A DNA stretch of 64,000 nucleotides from positions 64,001 through 128,000 of the forward strand of contig CAWBKP010000014.1 in NCBI GenBank assembly GCA_963789395.1, given 5' to 3'. Source of the stretch: an uncultured delta proteobacterium. Its GTDB lineage: Bacteria; Desulfobacterota; Desulfobacteria; Desulfobacterales; Desulfatirhabdiaceae. Shown here in pieces: positions 22,784 through 32,148 of this stretch. The number at the start of each line of letters is the position of its first letter. Positions within the stretch are counted from its first letter, which is position 1. Under the pieces are notes generated by a model that searched no databases, was not told the DNA's origin, and saw only the letters and a list, made by a program, of their open reading frames with translations. A program made the position numbers and the translations under genes.

Positions 22784-23313
22784 TTATTGCGAAGAAGTCT
22801 CTGTGTGTTTGGCCAGTCTGGCCTTGTCATACTCCTCATCCCGCATTTTCATCTGCGCCTTTCCCATTTCAAAGAGTTTGTAGTGGGCTTCGATAATGGA
22901 ACGGAGCTGGGCTTCCAGCTGAATGCGCTGGCTTTTCAGCTGAATGATATCCTCATGAAGCTGGGCAAGCCGGCTGCTGGCTTTATTCATGATCTTTCTC
23001 GGCCTTGAACCTCGGCATCGGCAATAATCATTTCCGCTGATTTTCGAGCAGCTTCATTCATCTGCTCAATGCGATTTTCAGAATCGGTAATGGTTTGTTT
23101 CAAATTGTCTTCCCGGTCGGCAAACCCGCTGCGTTCCTGTTTCAGCGCCTGATTCTCCTCATTGAGCCGCTCATTCTCATCATAAAGCGCCTCAAGCGTA
23201 TGCGCGATCTGCTCCAGGAATTCATCCACCTCCTGAATGTCAAAGCCCCTGAACCGCACGCTGAACTGATGCTGCTGAATGTCCAGCGGCGTGACATCAA
23301 TGTCTTCTTTCAC
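22784..23313 (-). CDS. divIVA: DivIVA domain protein, frameshift near 23000
   Basis: TPLDI....F....RGFD..EVDEFL N-terminal domain plus a coiled coil continuing in ORF 22784..22990. Confidence 0.88.
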
Positions 23314-23322
23314 GATTTCCCC

Positions 23323-23625
23323 TTACATCATCATGCTGAATGATATTCTTTTGAGCGTGTTAACCACAAACGTCTGTAAAAAAATAACCCCTAAAAACAC
23401 AATAATGGGAGAAAAGTCAATCCCGCCGAAACTGGCCGGAATCCGCGAACGGATCTGAGCCAGAACGGGCTCGGTTACGGCGTGGATAAAGCGAACAATG
23501 GCATTATAGGGGTCCGGATTCACCCAGGACAGAATCGCCCTTGCCACAACCACCCACATATATAAGCTCAATGCAAGATCAAGCACCTTGGCCACAGCCA
23601 TCAGAAAATAACCTATCATGTACAT
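23323..23625 (-). CDS. yggT: YggT family membrane protein
   Basis: LSWVNPDPYN, TEPVL, GGIDFSPI. Confidence 0.95.
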   Translation of the reverse strand: MYMIGYFLMAVAKVLDLALSLYMWVVVARAILSWVNPDPYNAIVRFIHAVTEPVLAQIRSRIPASFGGIDFSPIIVFLGVIFLQTFVVNTLKRISFSMMM

Positions 23626-23914
23626 TCGATCATTTGCCTTTCACTGGACACGAAAATCCTTTGAATCTCCTTTTCCAGGAGAGTGTTAAATGGGAAAGAG
23701 CGACCCGTACGGAATCAACGTCTCAAGGATGAGGGAAGCCCGATTTGATCCGCAGGAAATGGCTTGCGAAGCAGATTCGTGTATACCAATCCATCCAGCC
23801 ATTCAGATGGATTTTTCGCTCACCGTCTTCTGGATGGGGAATATGAAAAGGGCCTGGGAAAAAGAAACCCGTCTCTGGCATGGACATCACTAAACAACTC
23901 AGGGGAAGTTAAGT

Positions 23915-24106
23915 TTATGAGGCTCTTTTGGAACAGGATATCCCAAAAGACAAGACTTCATGAATCCGATCCAGAACGACGCAATCTTTCATGCAGCCTG
24001 GAAATGCATCCCGGATCTCGCATTCCCGACAAGGGCTTTTGACCAGATAACCAATTTCAAAATCGAATCGGTATTTATAATTTTTTTTAGTTGGTATATA
24101 ATTCAT
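23915..24106 (-). CDS. Small Cys-rich hypothetical protein
   Basis: 63 aa with C-x2-C-x8-C-x3-C; same strand as yggT, divergent from the DUF2760 gene. Confidence 0.55.
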   Translation of the reverse strand: MNYIPTKKNYKYRFDFEIGYLVKSPCRECEIRDAFPGCMKDCVVLDRIHEVLSFGISCSKRAS

Positions 24107-24218
24107 GAATTGAGAAAATAAGGTTCACCAAGATAAATATTAACGGTAATTGTTATCATAAGATTTCATGGATAACAAGGAATATAAAATTTCTTACAGA
24201 TCAGACAGAAGAGGATTT

Positions 24219-24955
24219 ATGGATGCAGAAAAGGCGTTTTCCAGGCGTTCATTTGGCGTTATTTTACTGTTCATGGGCGTGTTGTGTTTGCTGATCATGG
24301 CTTTGGGGTATTGGGGCATCATTCATATTTCAGAGCGGCTGACGGCATTGGCATCCGCGCATCCCGATATTGCCGATTTCAAGGCGGTTGCAAACTGGGT
24401 TGCCGATGCCAGAGCAGGCTTCATCCGTTATGGAGCCCCTCTGGTTGCCGCCGGGGTTGCCTTATGGAGTTTATTGCTGTGGCTGGCGATCGCCGCAAAC
24501 CGTCGATACCGCAGACGGGTTTACCCCCATCTCAGGCCTGTGAACCCGAGAACCGCCTCGACAGAGAACAGCAGGACAAGCGACTGTTTATCCATCTGCT
24601 GAGCATGTTTCAGCGCGAAGGCAGGCTTCTGGATTTTTTATCGGAAAATCTGGATGGTTATGAAGATGCCCAGATTGGCGCAGCTGTTCGCAGCATTCAT
24701 GAAAACTGCAATAAAGTCACCCGCAAATACCTGTCGCTGCAACCGGTTCTGGATCAGGAAGAAGGCCAGACGCTTACCCTTCAAAAAGGCTTTGACACCG
24801 CCGCCGTCAAGCTGGTGGGAAATGTCGCCGGAGAGCCGCCGTTTACCGGTATCATCCGCCATAAAGGCTGGAAAACGGCAAAACTGGAACTGCCCGTCCT
24901 GTCCGCAAGTCAGGATGCATCCCTGATTGCTCCGGCGGAAGTTGAAATTTCATAG
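24219..24955 (+). CDS. DUF2760-family protein with two N-terminal TM helices, frameshift near 24490
   Basis: LLSMFQREGRLLDFL.E....Y.DAQIGAAVR.IH, GNVAGEPPF.G...H.GW, IAPAEVEI; RBS GAGG before ATG 24219. Confidence 0.82.
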
Positions 24956-24975
24956 TGCGTTGAAAGGAAACCATA

Positions 24976-26777
24976 TTGTCTTTCCCGGAATTTATCATTG
25001 GAATTGATCTTGGCACCACCAACAGCGTGGTGTCTTATGCCAGAGAAGGGGGCCCCATACAGGTTTTCGCCATTCCCCAGCTTACCGGTCCCGGAACAAT
25101 TGAAAAACAGGATATCCTTCCCAGCGCCGTGCTGATTCCCGGAGAAAACGACACGCCTTTTCAGGCGCTTGTCCTGCCGTGGGACCCGCATGCCACCCAG
25201 GCCATCGGCGAGTTTGCACGAAACAGGGGGGCTGAAATCCCCCACCGCCTGATTGCCTCGGCCAAATCCTGGCTTTGTCATGCGCTGGTGGACCGGAACA
25301 AACCCATTCTGCCGTGGGAAGGACCTGACAGCCACCTCAAGCTGTCGCCGGTTGCCGCATCCGCAGCCATTTTACGCCATATCCGGGATGCCTGGGATTA
25401 TGAAATGGCCAGAACGCCATCCGGAATTGACGATCATCTTCGCATGGAAAACCAGGAAATCCTGCTGACGGTTCCGGCATCGTTTGATGCAATCGCCAGG
25501 GAGCTGACGGTAAAAGCCGCGCAGATGGCCGGACTGAACCATGTCACCCTTCTGGAAGAGCCCCAGGCTGCCTGCTATGCCTGGATTGAAGCTTCCGGGG
25601 ACAACTGGCGCAGAAAGGTTGAAAAAGGCGATTTGATCCTCGTTTGCGATATCGGCGGCGGCACAACCGATTTCAGCCTGATTTCCGTGTCTGAACAAAA
25701 TGGCGAACTGGCCCTGGAACGGATTGCCGTCGGCAATCATCTGCTGGTGGGCGGCGACAATATGGATCTGTCGCTGGCCTATACCGTATCGCAGAAAATG
25801 GCTGAAAAAGGGACCCGCCTGGATACCTGGCAGATGCGCGGGCTGTGCCATACCTGCCGAAAAGGCAAAGAAACGATATTATCCGGAAGCGTGTCCGAAG
25901 ACTACCCCATCACCTTGCTGGGAAGGGGCAGCAGCCTGATTGGCGGAACGCTGAAAACCCAACTTTCGGCAGAGGATGTTTACCGGGTTCTGCTGGAGGG
26001 ATTTCTGCCGAACTGCGCGCTGTCCGAAGCGCCTGTTAAGCAGCGGGCCATGGGAATTCGGGAAATCGGCCTTTCCTATGAATCCGATCCCGCCATCACC
26101 CGCCACCTGGCTGGTTTTCTCAGCAGCCAGCTCGATGAATCCGGAAAGCAACAGCTTCCTACTGCCGTTTTGTTTAATGGCGGCGTGATGAAGGCGCCCT
26201 TGCTGCGAAACCGGGTCATCGAAGTATTGACGGCATGGGCCGGATACGGCATCCGGGCCTTCCTTGCGGGAGTTGCCGTCACTGGATTTCGACCGATCCG
26301 TTGCACGGGGCGCCGTCTATTATGGCCTTGCCCGTCGCGGCGGCGGCATCCGGATTCGGGGCGGCCTGAACAAATCCTACTACATCGGCGTTGCCGCTTC
26401 CATGCCGGCTGTCCCCGGAATGCCCGCACCGGTAAAAGCGCTCTGCGTGGCGCCTTTCGGCATGGAGGAAGGCACATCGCAGGCCATTGAAAACCGTGAA
26501 TTCGTTCTGGTGGTCGGAGAGCCGGCCCAGTTTGACTTTCTGGGATCTACGCTGCGCCATGAAGACCGGCCCGGGGAAGTGGTTGAAGCCTGGGAAGGCG
26601 AAATCGAGCTGGCGTCAACCCTGGAAACGGAGCTCAGCGGAGACTCCGGCACCCTGATTCCCGTAACCCTGGAATCCCGCGCCACTGAGATCGGAACCCT
26701 TGAAATCTGGTGCATTTCCGCCGTCAGACGGACGCCAATGGCGCCTGGAATTTAATGTCCGGGAGCAGCCGGGTTGA
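24976..26777 (+). CDS. Atypical Hsp70/DnaK-family protein, frameshifts near 26250 and 26730
   Basis: IGIDLGTTNS, LTVPASFD, LLEEPQAA, DIGGGTTDFS, GGDNMD, LFNGG, SVARGA; non-canonical C-terminus ending WRLEFNVREQPG*. Confidence 0.9.
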
Positions 26778-26875
26778 GATGACGCATTTTTTGCCTTCAT
26801 AAGAGACTTGGCATAAGCCTCTTTCCCGTCCGGGAATAATTTCGCCTTACGGACCGGTCGGGCAACCCCGAATGA

Positions 26876-27757
26876 TTAAAAATGCGCGAGCACGGTTCTC
26901 AGGTGATCCAGCCACACCTCCACGATCCCCGGATAATCGGCCGTTCCCTTTAAAATGATTTCGCATGGGTAACCGTTTCGGGTCAGGATGGATTTCCAGC
27001 TGTCCGGTTCATCGCCGGCCATATCGTTTCTGGCGTGATCGCCGGCAACGGACATCAGCGGTACCAGATAGATTTTTTTGATGTCAAGCTGTTTCAGTTT
27101 GGGCAGCAGGGTTTCAATGGTTAAACTGCCTTCCACCGTTCTTACAAACGCCAGAGGATCAATTTCCTGAAATACCTGATTCATGGCCAGATATATGGCA
27201 TCGGCTGGGTGGTGTCCGGTGCCGTGCCCCATAAAAACGACGGCATCCCCAGGCTTTCGATCCGGAATGTTTTTCATCAGGATCCCGGCCACGGTCTCCA
27301 TGTCTTGGGCCGATGACAGCAGAGGCCTGGCCACTTCAATCTTCTTAAACCCGCCTGCCATTTGTCCGAAGAGCATCGCGTTCTGGTAAAGCTCGTGGAA
27401 TTCCTCACCCGGAATCGTTTGCAGGGAAAGCACCGCCACATGGGTGTAACCGTCGCTCATGAGCCTGGCCAACGCCGTTTCCGGGGACTCCAGCGACTTG
27501 CCTTCCTTGGCAAGTTTGGCACGAATTATTCTTGAGGTGAACGCCCAGCGGATTTCCACACCGGGAAATGCTTTCCGGGTTTGTTCGTCGATCCGGTCAA
27601 ACACCAGTTGGGCTTCCGGAACGCTTGTGCCAAAGGCAACGAGCAGAATCGCCGTTTTCTCCGGCTTCTTGTCTCCGTGCGCTGCAAACCCGTTCAAAGA
27701 ACAGCAGAGCAGCGCGATCACAACCACTACTGACAGCAGATGTCTGGCAACTTTCAT
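26876..27757 (-). CDS. cbiK: Sirohydrochlorin cobaltochelatase CbiK, periplasmic (signal peptide) type
   Basis: Sec signal, LLVAFGTS, WAFTSRII, GEEFH, MGHGT, PLMSVAGDHARNDMAG. Confidence 0.93.
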   Translation of the reverse strand: MKVARHLLSVVVVIALLCCSLNGFAAHGDKKPEKTAILLVAFGTSVPEAQLVFDRIDEQTRKAFPGVEIRWAFTSRIIRAKLAKEGKSLESPETALARLMSDGYTHVAVLSLQTIPGEEFHELYQNAMLFGQMAGGFKKIEVARPLLSSAQDMETVAGILMKNIPDRKPGDAVVFMGHGTGHHPADAIYLAMNQVFQEIDPLAFVRTVEGSLTIETLLPKLKQLDIKKIYLVPLMSVAGDHARNDMAGDEPDSWKSILTRNGYPCEIILKGTADYPGIVEVWLDHLRTVLAHF

Positions 27758-27778
27758 TTCACTTCCTCCATGTTTTGT

Positions 27779-27820
27779 CAAAAAAAATCCCGGATCGATT
27801 CAAGATCGATCCGGGATGCC
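27779..27820 (-). terminator. Intrinsic terminator in the cbiK leader (riboswitch expression platform)
   Basis: 13-bp perfect stem atcccggatcgat/atcgatccgggat followed by a U-run on the minus strand, just before the cbiK RBS. Confidence 0.8.
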
Positions 27821-27881
27821 CTGTTTATCGCACGGAATCTAAAAAGCCTTTCCCTGTCCACGGGAAACAGACTGATGACTG

Positions 27882-28060
27882 TATAGGCAGGTCTTCTGAC
27901 TTCCGGATCACCCTACTGGCAGCGCCTTCCCGATCCATGGAAGCAATCAGTGGCTTAAATGCTGTGGTCGTCCCCGGTTACAGCGGCGGGCCCGTCCCCG
28001 ATTCTAACGGGGTTCCCTCTGAGGCTCTATTTCTGAGCGCCTTTACGGAGACTAAAAAAA
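27882..28060 (-). ncRNA. Cobalamin (B12) riboswitch
   Basis: Minus strand carries AGGGAA-ccccg-ttagAAT-cgggg, GCCCgCcgCTGTA, GCCACTG, GGGAAGG and the B12 box AAGTCAGAAGACCTGCC, upstream of cbiK. Confidence 0.95.
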
Positions 28061-28353
28061 CACAGGCACCGGACAATGTCAAGATCAAAATCCGCTCCCG
28101 CCATTCAATTACAGGTTTCTTGGCGAGCAACCCATCGGCGCAGTTTTGCAACGGTGAACGATATGCCGACCCCGAAGTAAAAACAAGCGGCAATCTTGTT
28201 ACCAATTGAATTTTGAGTTATACAAATAGGAAGCAGTCCAATACGGATGCCCTTAACTTTCTCTCTATTTCTATAAATTTTTAAACAGGGAATGCGGTAT
28301 TTCATTGAAATGACGACAGCCGGCAAACGCAAGCTATTTCAAGGAGGTTAAAT

Positions 28354-28968
28354 ATGACGGCACAGGAAATATTAAACAGCGCGGATTTCAAACAGTGCGA
28401 GGCATTTCACGGCCATGTCTGTCCCGGTCTTTCCATCGGCTACCGGGCAGCCAAGGCCGCCATGACCTGGCTTGCCGAAAAACGCTCCGAAGACGAAGAA
28501 GTCGTGGCAATTGTCGAGACGGATGCCTGCTCGGCCGATGCCGTTCAGGTTTTGACCGGATGCACGTTCGGAAAAGGCAATTTCATTTTCAGGGATTACG
28601 GGAAAATGGCGCTCACGCTCCTCAGTCGGAAGACCGGCCAGGGAGTTCGCGTATGCCTGAAGCCCGGCGCGTTCAAGCCCAATGAGGAGCATTCGGCGCT
28701 GATTCAGAAAATCATGCAGGGCAAGGCCACCGAAGCTGAAAGCGAGCGGTTTCAGGCGCTGCATTTGCAGAAGACCTGCGAGGTCCTGGAAGCTCCGATC
28801 GACCAGCTATTTGTTATCAGCGAAACAGCCGCCGAGATTCCTCCCCGCGCACGCATGGAACCGTCTGCGATCTGCGCCAAGTGCAAAGAGCCGACCATGC
28901 CCGCCAAGATGGTAGCTATCGGGACGGGTTCGATCTGCCGGGAATGCGCGGCATCGGTTCACGCCTGA
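28354..28968 (+). CDS. FmdE/FwdE-family metal-binding protein with C-terminal zinc finger
   Basis: FHGHVCPGL..G, ETDAC..DAVQ...GCTFGKGN, CAKC...CREC; RBS AAGGAGG. Confidence 0.92.
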   Translation: MTAQEILNSADFKQCEAFHGHVCPGLSIGYRAAKAAMTWLAEKRSEDEEVVAIVETDACSADAVQVLTGCTFGKGNFIFRDYGKMALTLLSRKTGQGVRVCLKPGAFKPNEEHSALIQKIMQGKATEAESERFQALHLQKTCEVLEAPIDQLFVISETAAEIPPRARMEPSAICAKCKEPTMPAKMVAIGTGSICRECAASVHA

Positions 28969-29002
28969 TAAAAAACGGAACCTTGATCGATCATACCCAC
29001 GC

Positions 29003-29041
29003 TTTCGCCGGTCCCAGGCTCCACCCCGGGATCCGGCGAAA
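29003..29041. terminator. Hairpin between the convergent fmdE-like and nosL-like genes
   Basis: tttcgccgg...ccggcgaaa inverted repeat. Confidence 0.45.
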
Positions 29042-29064
29042 CGCTTCTGTATGACTGCTCCCGA

Positions 29065-29538
29065 TCAATCCAGTCCTTTGATTACATCAGGGGTAACCGC
29101 ATCAAAACCAACCAGATTTTTTCCGGCATGATCCGCCAGAAACTCCTTTGCTTCCGGCGCTTTTTCAAACGGAATGAGTTCTTTACCCATGGGTCCGAAA
29201 ACGTTGCTTTCAACGACATAAAAGGCTTTCCTGCCGTCGATCGGAGTCATGCTGTAGTAATCCGTGACATAGATAACGGCAATATCGGACAGTTCCTTTG
29301 ATGGATTGTATTTTTTGAGATTGAAATAATACTTGAACATGTCCTTTGCACCGTCAAAGAGCGCATAGGAGCCATCTTTGAAAATGACCTGGGCCAGAAA
29401 ATCTGGATATTTTGCGACAAACATGCCGCAGACCGGACATTTATCCGTTTTTGCCGCCTTGAGGGGCTTTGGTTCCTCAGCCAACGCCAGCGAGCATGTC
29501 AGAAGAACAGCAATAACGGTTATTCGAAAAACGTTCAT
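29065..29538 (-). CDS. NosL-family periplasmic metal-binding protein
   Basis: Signal peptide, CPVCGM, FDGAKD, YVTDY, AFYV, GPMG, F...HAG. Confidence 0.88.
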   Translation of the reverse strand: MNVFRITVIAVLLTCSLALAEEPKPLKAAKTDKCPVCGMFVAKYPDFLAQVIFKDGSYALFDGAKDMFKYYFNLKKYNPSKELSDIAVIYVTDYYSMTPIDGRKAFYVVESNVFGPMGKELIPFEKAPEAKEFLADHAGKNLVGFDAVTPDVIKGLD

Positions 29539-29594
29539 TCTACCTCCGCAGCTTGTGTGAATCCGGCTGGTATTCCGGCCGTTAACGGCAATCT

Positions 29595-30089
29595 TTACTT
29601 CTTCATCTTTTTTCTGTTTTCCCGGATCATTTTGGTATCCGCGTACATGTCTTCATAAGTCGCCTTCATGACTTCATCAAAGGTTGACAAGGTTCCGCCG
29701 TTTTCCGCGATAAACTTTTCTGCATCCGCTTTATTCTCAAAAGCCCATTTGGCCCGTTTCGTCATGACCCCGGGCCGCTTTCCACCCATTACCCAGAACG
29801 CTTTCTCCGCATCGATGAGCTTTTTGCTGTCGAAGTCTCCCACAAGCAGGGCTCGGGGGGTTTTATCGATATTAAGGGCCAGTTCAATCGCCATACAATG
29901 AATGCTGCAGGTTCCCAGAGATGTTCCGTCATCGTATTCCACCACCATTCGGCTGTGTGCAAACATGGCCCGGTTCATACCGCAGAATTTGCAGGAAGGG
30001 TCTTTTTGAATGTCCTCGTCACCGAAGGCGACGCCGCCGATTGACAGAACGCATGCAACAAACAGAACAGACAGGATTCCTCTTTTCAT
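29595..30089 (-). CDS. NosL-family periplasmic metal-binding protein
   Basis: Signal peptide, CKFCGM, CSIHC, LIDAEKAFWV, GVM, A..F...NGG. Confidence 0.88.
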   Translation of the reverse strand: MKRGILSVLFVACVLSIGGVAFGDEDIQKDPSCKFCGMNRAMFAHSRMVVEYDDGTSLGTCSIHCMAIELALNIDKTPRALLVGDFDSKKLIDAEKAFWVMGGKRPGVMTKRAKWAFENKADAEKFIAENGGTLSTFDEVMKATYEDMYADTKMIRENRKKMKK

Positions 30090-30147
30090 GTGAACTCTCC
30101 TTTAAAATTAAATTGTTGAAACCAATCATCAGCATCAGGCAGGGATA

Positions 30148-31549
30148 TCAGTCCTGACCGAAACGGGTGTTGAAATTGATCACGAGATTGGCAAAAAAAC
30201 CTCCCCCGATCTGCGCCTGAGTGAATGTCTGACCTGCGGCATTCACAAAGTCCTGGGAATTGAGATCTTCGTAAACCGGCAGACCGACAGACCCTCTCAG
30301 ATTAAAATTGCCGCCGAGCGCATTGAGAAAACGCCAGTCGAATACAAACGCCAGATTGGAACGGGTCCCGCCCGTATTGCCGATCTCGATGCCATTGTCC
30401 TTATTTTTAAGGGTATTGGACACATCCATTTCAATGCCGAGCATCAAATCGTAGTGAGGGGTGTAATGGACCGCCAGTCCCCCCTGAATTTCATCGCCAT
30501 AATTATAATCATCGTTGTTGGTGGGTAAAATCCGATAAAGCGCCTGGGCGTGAAACCAGAAAGATTCCCATTTCTGGGAATACAGCAGTCCGCCAAGGTA
30601 GGTGGGCGTGCCGGCTCCCAGCTGCATCCCCGGCGGCGTTGAAATCAGATTCGTCTTGAGAGCGGCATTGAATGCGCGTGTGGCGTCAAAATCCCCGGTG
30701 GGAAGCGTTCCCCCGACAAGCAGCGTAAAAAACTTGTCATAATAAACGCTGCGCCACAGGTTGTACCGCACTTCACCGGCAAGGTCCCCGATGCCGTCAT
30801 TGTTCGTATTTACGGTGTTTACCTGTTTGCCCTGCCGAACCAGGGTTTCCATGCTTTTCTCAAAATAGGGCAGATTCATATTCATCGCCAGCCGGTCGGT
30901 AATTCCGTAATTCATGACCAGGGTCTGGGTTTGAACCTCCATTTGTTTGGGCGCGCGGGGCTGGGCCGGGTTGGTGTTGATAAACGACTCCGGATCCTGA
31001 CTGTCGGTACCGGTCACCACTCTGTCCTTCAGCATATAGGCATACACGATTCCCAAACCAAAAGACCCCTGACCGGGCGTCACCGCCTGACGGATACGGA
31101 AAGGCTGGGTCATTCCTCTGGGGGAGATTGTCTCCATGGCGCTGACAAAACTGAGCACCGCCCCCCCTTTCTCGGCTGCAAACGACTCGGCCTCGTTCCG
31201 GTCGGCAAATGCAATGTAGTTTGGAATCATATCGGGAATCAACCGGCTGCCGATAGAGTACCACGCATTCCTGGGCATCCACTTCCGTGCCGTTATTCCA
31301 GTCCTTGACCCGGATAGACCGGAAGGAACTGACCCCGTTTTCCTGGACGATGCGCATCATGCAGGCTACGCCGCAGGTATGCTCCGTTTTACCGTCAGTG
31401 TACACCAGTTCGCAGGCAGTGCGCTGATACTGATCGATCCACATCCCGCATAAATGACAGCTTTCCCGTTCCTCTCCGGCCAGAGCCAATGCGGGAAACA
31501 GCAATAACAGGCAAACACCCATAACGCAGAACTTCCTGATAAAAACCAT
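30148..31549 (-). CDS. NosL domain joined to an outer-membrane beta-barrel (transporter-like), frameshift near 31275
   Basis: ORF 30860..31549 gives signal, CHLCGM and HTCGVAC; ORF 30148..31278 supplies the NosL C-terminal half (PDMIPN..AF.....A..F....GG) and then amphipathic strands (GIGDL, LPTGD, QLGAGT, LPVYEDLN, NTRF). Confidence 0.75.
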
Positions 31550-31772
31550 TGGTTTCTCCTAATATCTAAACAGCGGATGGCGCCGCAACCATTCAAGAAT
31601 AGCCGAATCCACATAGATCTTGAACAGATGTAACACCGGCAAGTTGCCATCCCATTGTTATTTTAACAAGTTCATAAAGATCAGTTACAATTTTATAAAA
31701 CAGATTCCGTACCGTTTTTTCAATCACATCGGACAGGAGGATACCGGATCACAAATCAGTAATTATCAAACC

Positions 31773-32144
31773 CTATCGATTTTTCAGGAAAATGATTTTT
31801 TCCCGGCCAAAAACCGTTACGATAACGAACTGATCCTGAATTTTTGAAACGGTTCCTTTTCTCATTGGCATGTTGCAGACACATCGGCCATCGGGGTTCC
31901 GGGATATGGAATTGCAGCACATCATGGGGCAGCCGCAGACATATACGGTTTCCCCTATCTGGAATTGCTCAAAAGCAGCCGGCAGTTTTTCGTCTTGTCC
32001 GGAAAAGTTGCACCCGATAAGAAGCATTGCAGCCATGATGGCAATCATATGCTTTATCAGTAAGTTGCCGGATGGCAGCTTCGACACAATTATCCGGAAC
32101 CGCTTTGGCCTGGTTGATGGGTCCAAAAATATCAGCAATTTCAA
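31773..32144 (-). CDS. Small Cys-rich lipoprotein, putative heavy-metal binding (alternative start 32048)
   Basis: Lipobox LIGC; YVCGCPMMCC-x11-CVCNM. Confidence 0.65.
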   Translation of the reverse strand: MKLLIFLDPSTRPKRFRIIVSKLPSGNLLIKHMIAIMAAMLLIGCNFSGQDEKLPAAFEQFQIGETVYVCGCPMMCCNSISRNPDGRCVCNMPMRKGTVSKIQDQFVIVTVFGREKIIFLKNR

Positions 32145-32148
32145 ATAA

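Noticed and set aside
23690..23893. Plus-strand 67-aa ORF with an AGGAG RBS, or a structured RNA or MITE remnant (cagatggatttttcgctcaccgtc)
   Set aside because: No recognisable protein motif, no partner inverted repeat and no second copy in the window; it cannot be supported without a genome search.
29065..31549. Nitrous oxide reduction (nos) gene cluster
   Set aside because: Only NosL-like domains are present; nosZ, nosD, nosF and nosY are absent from the window.
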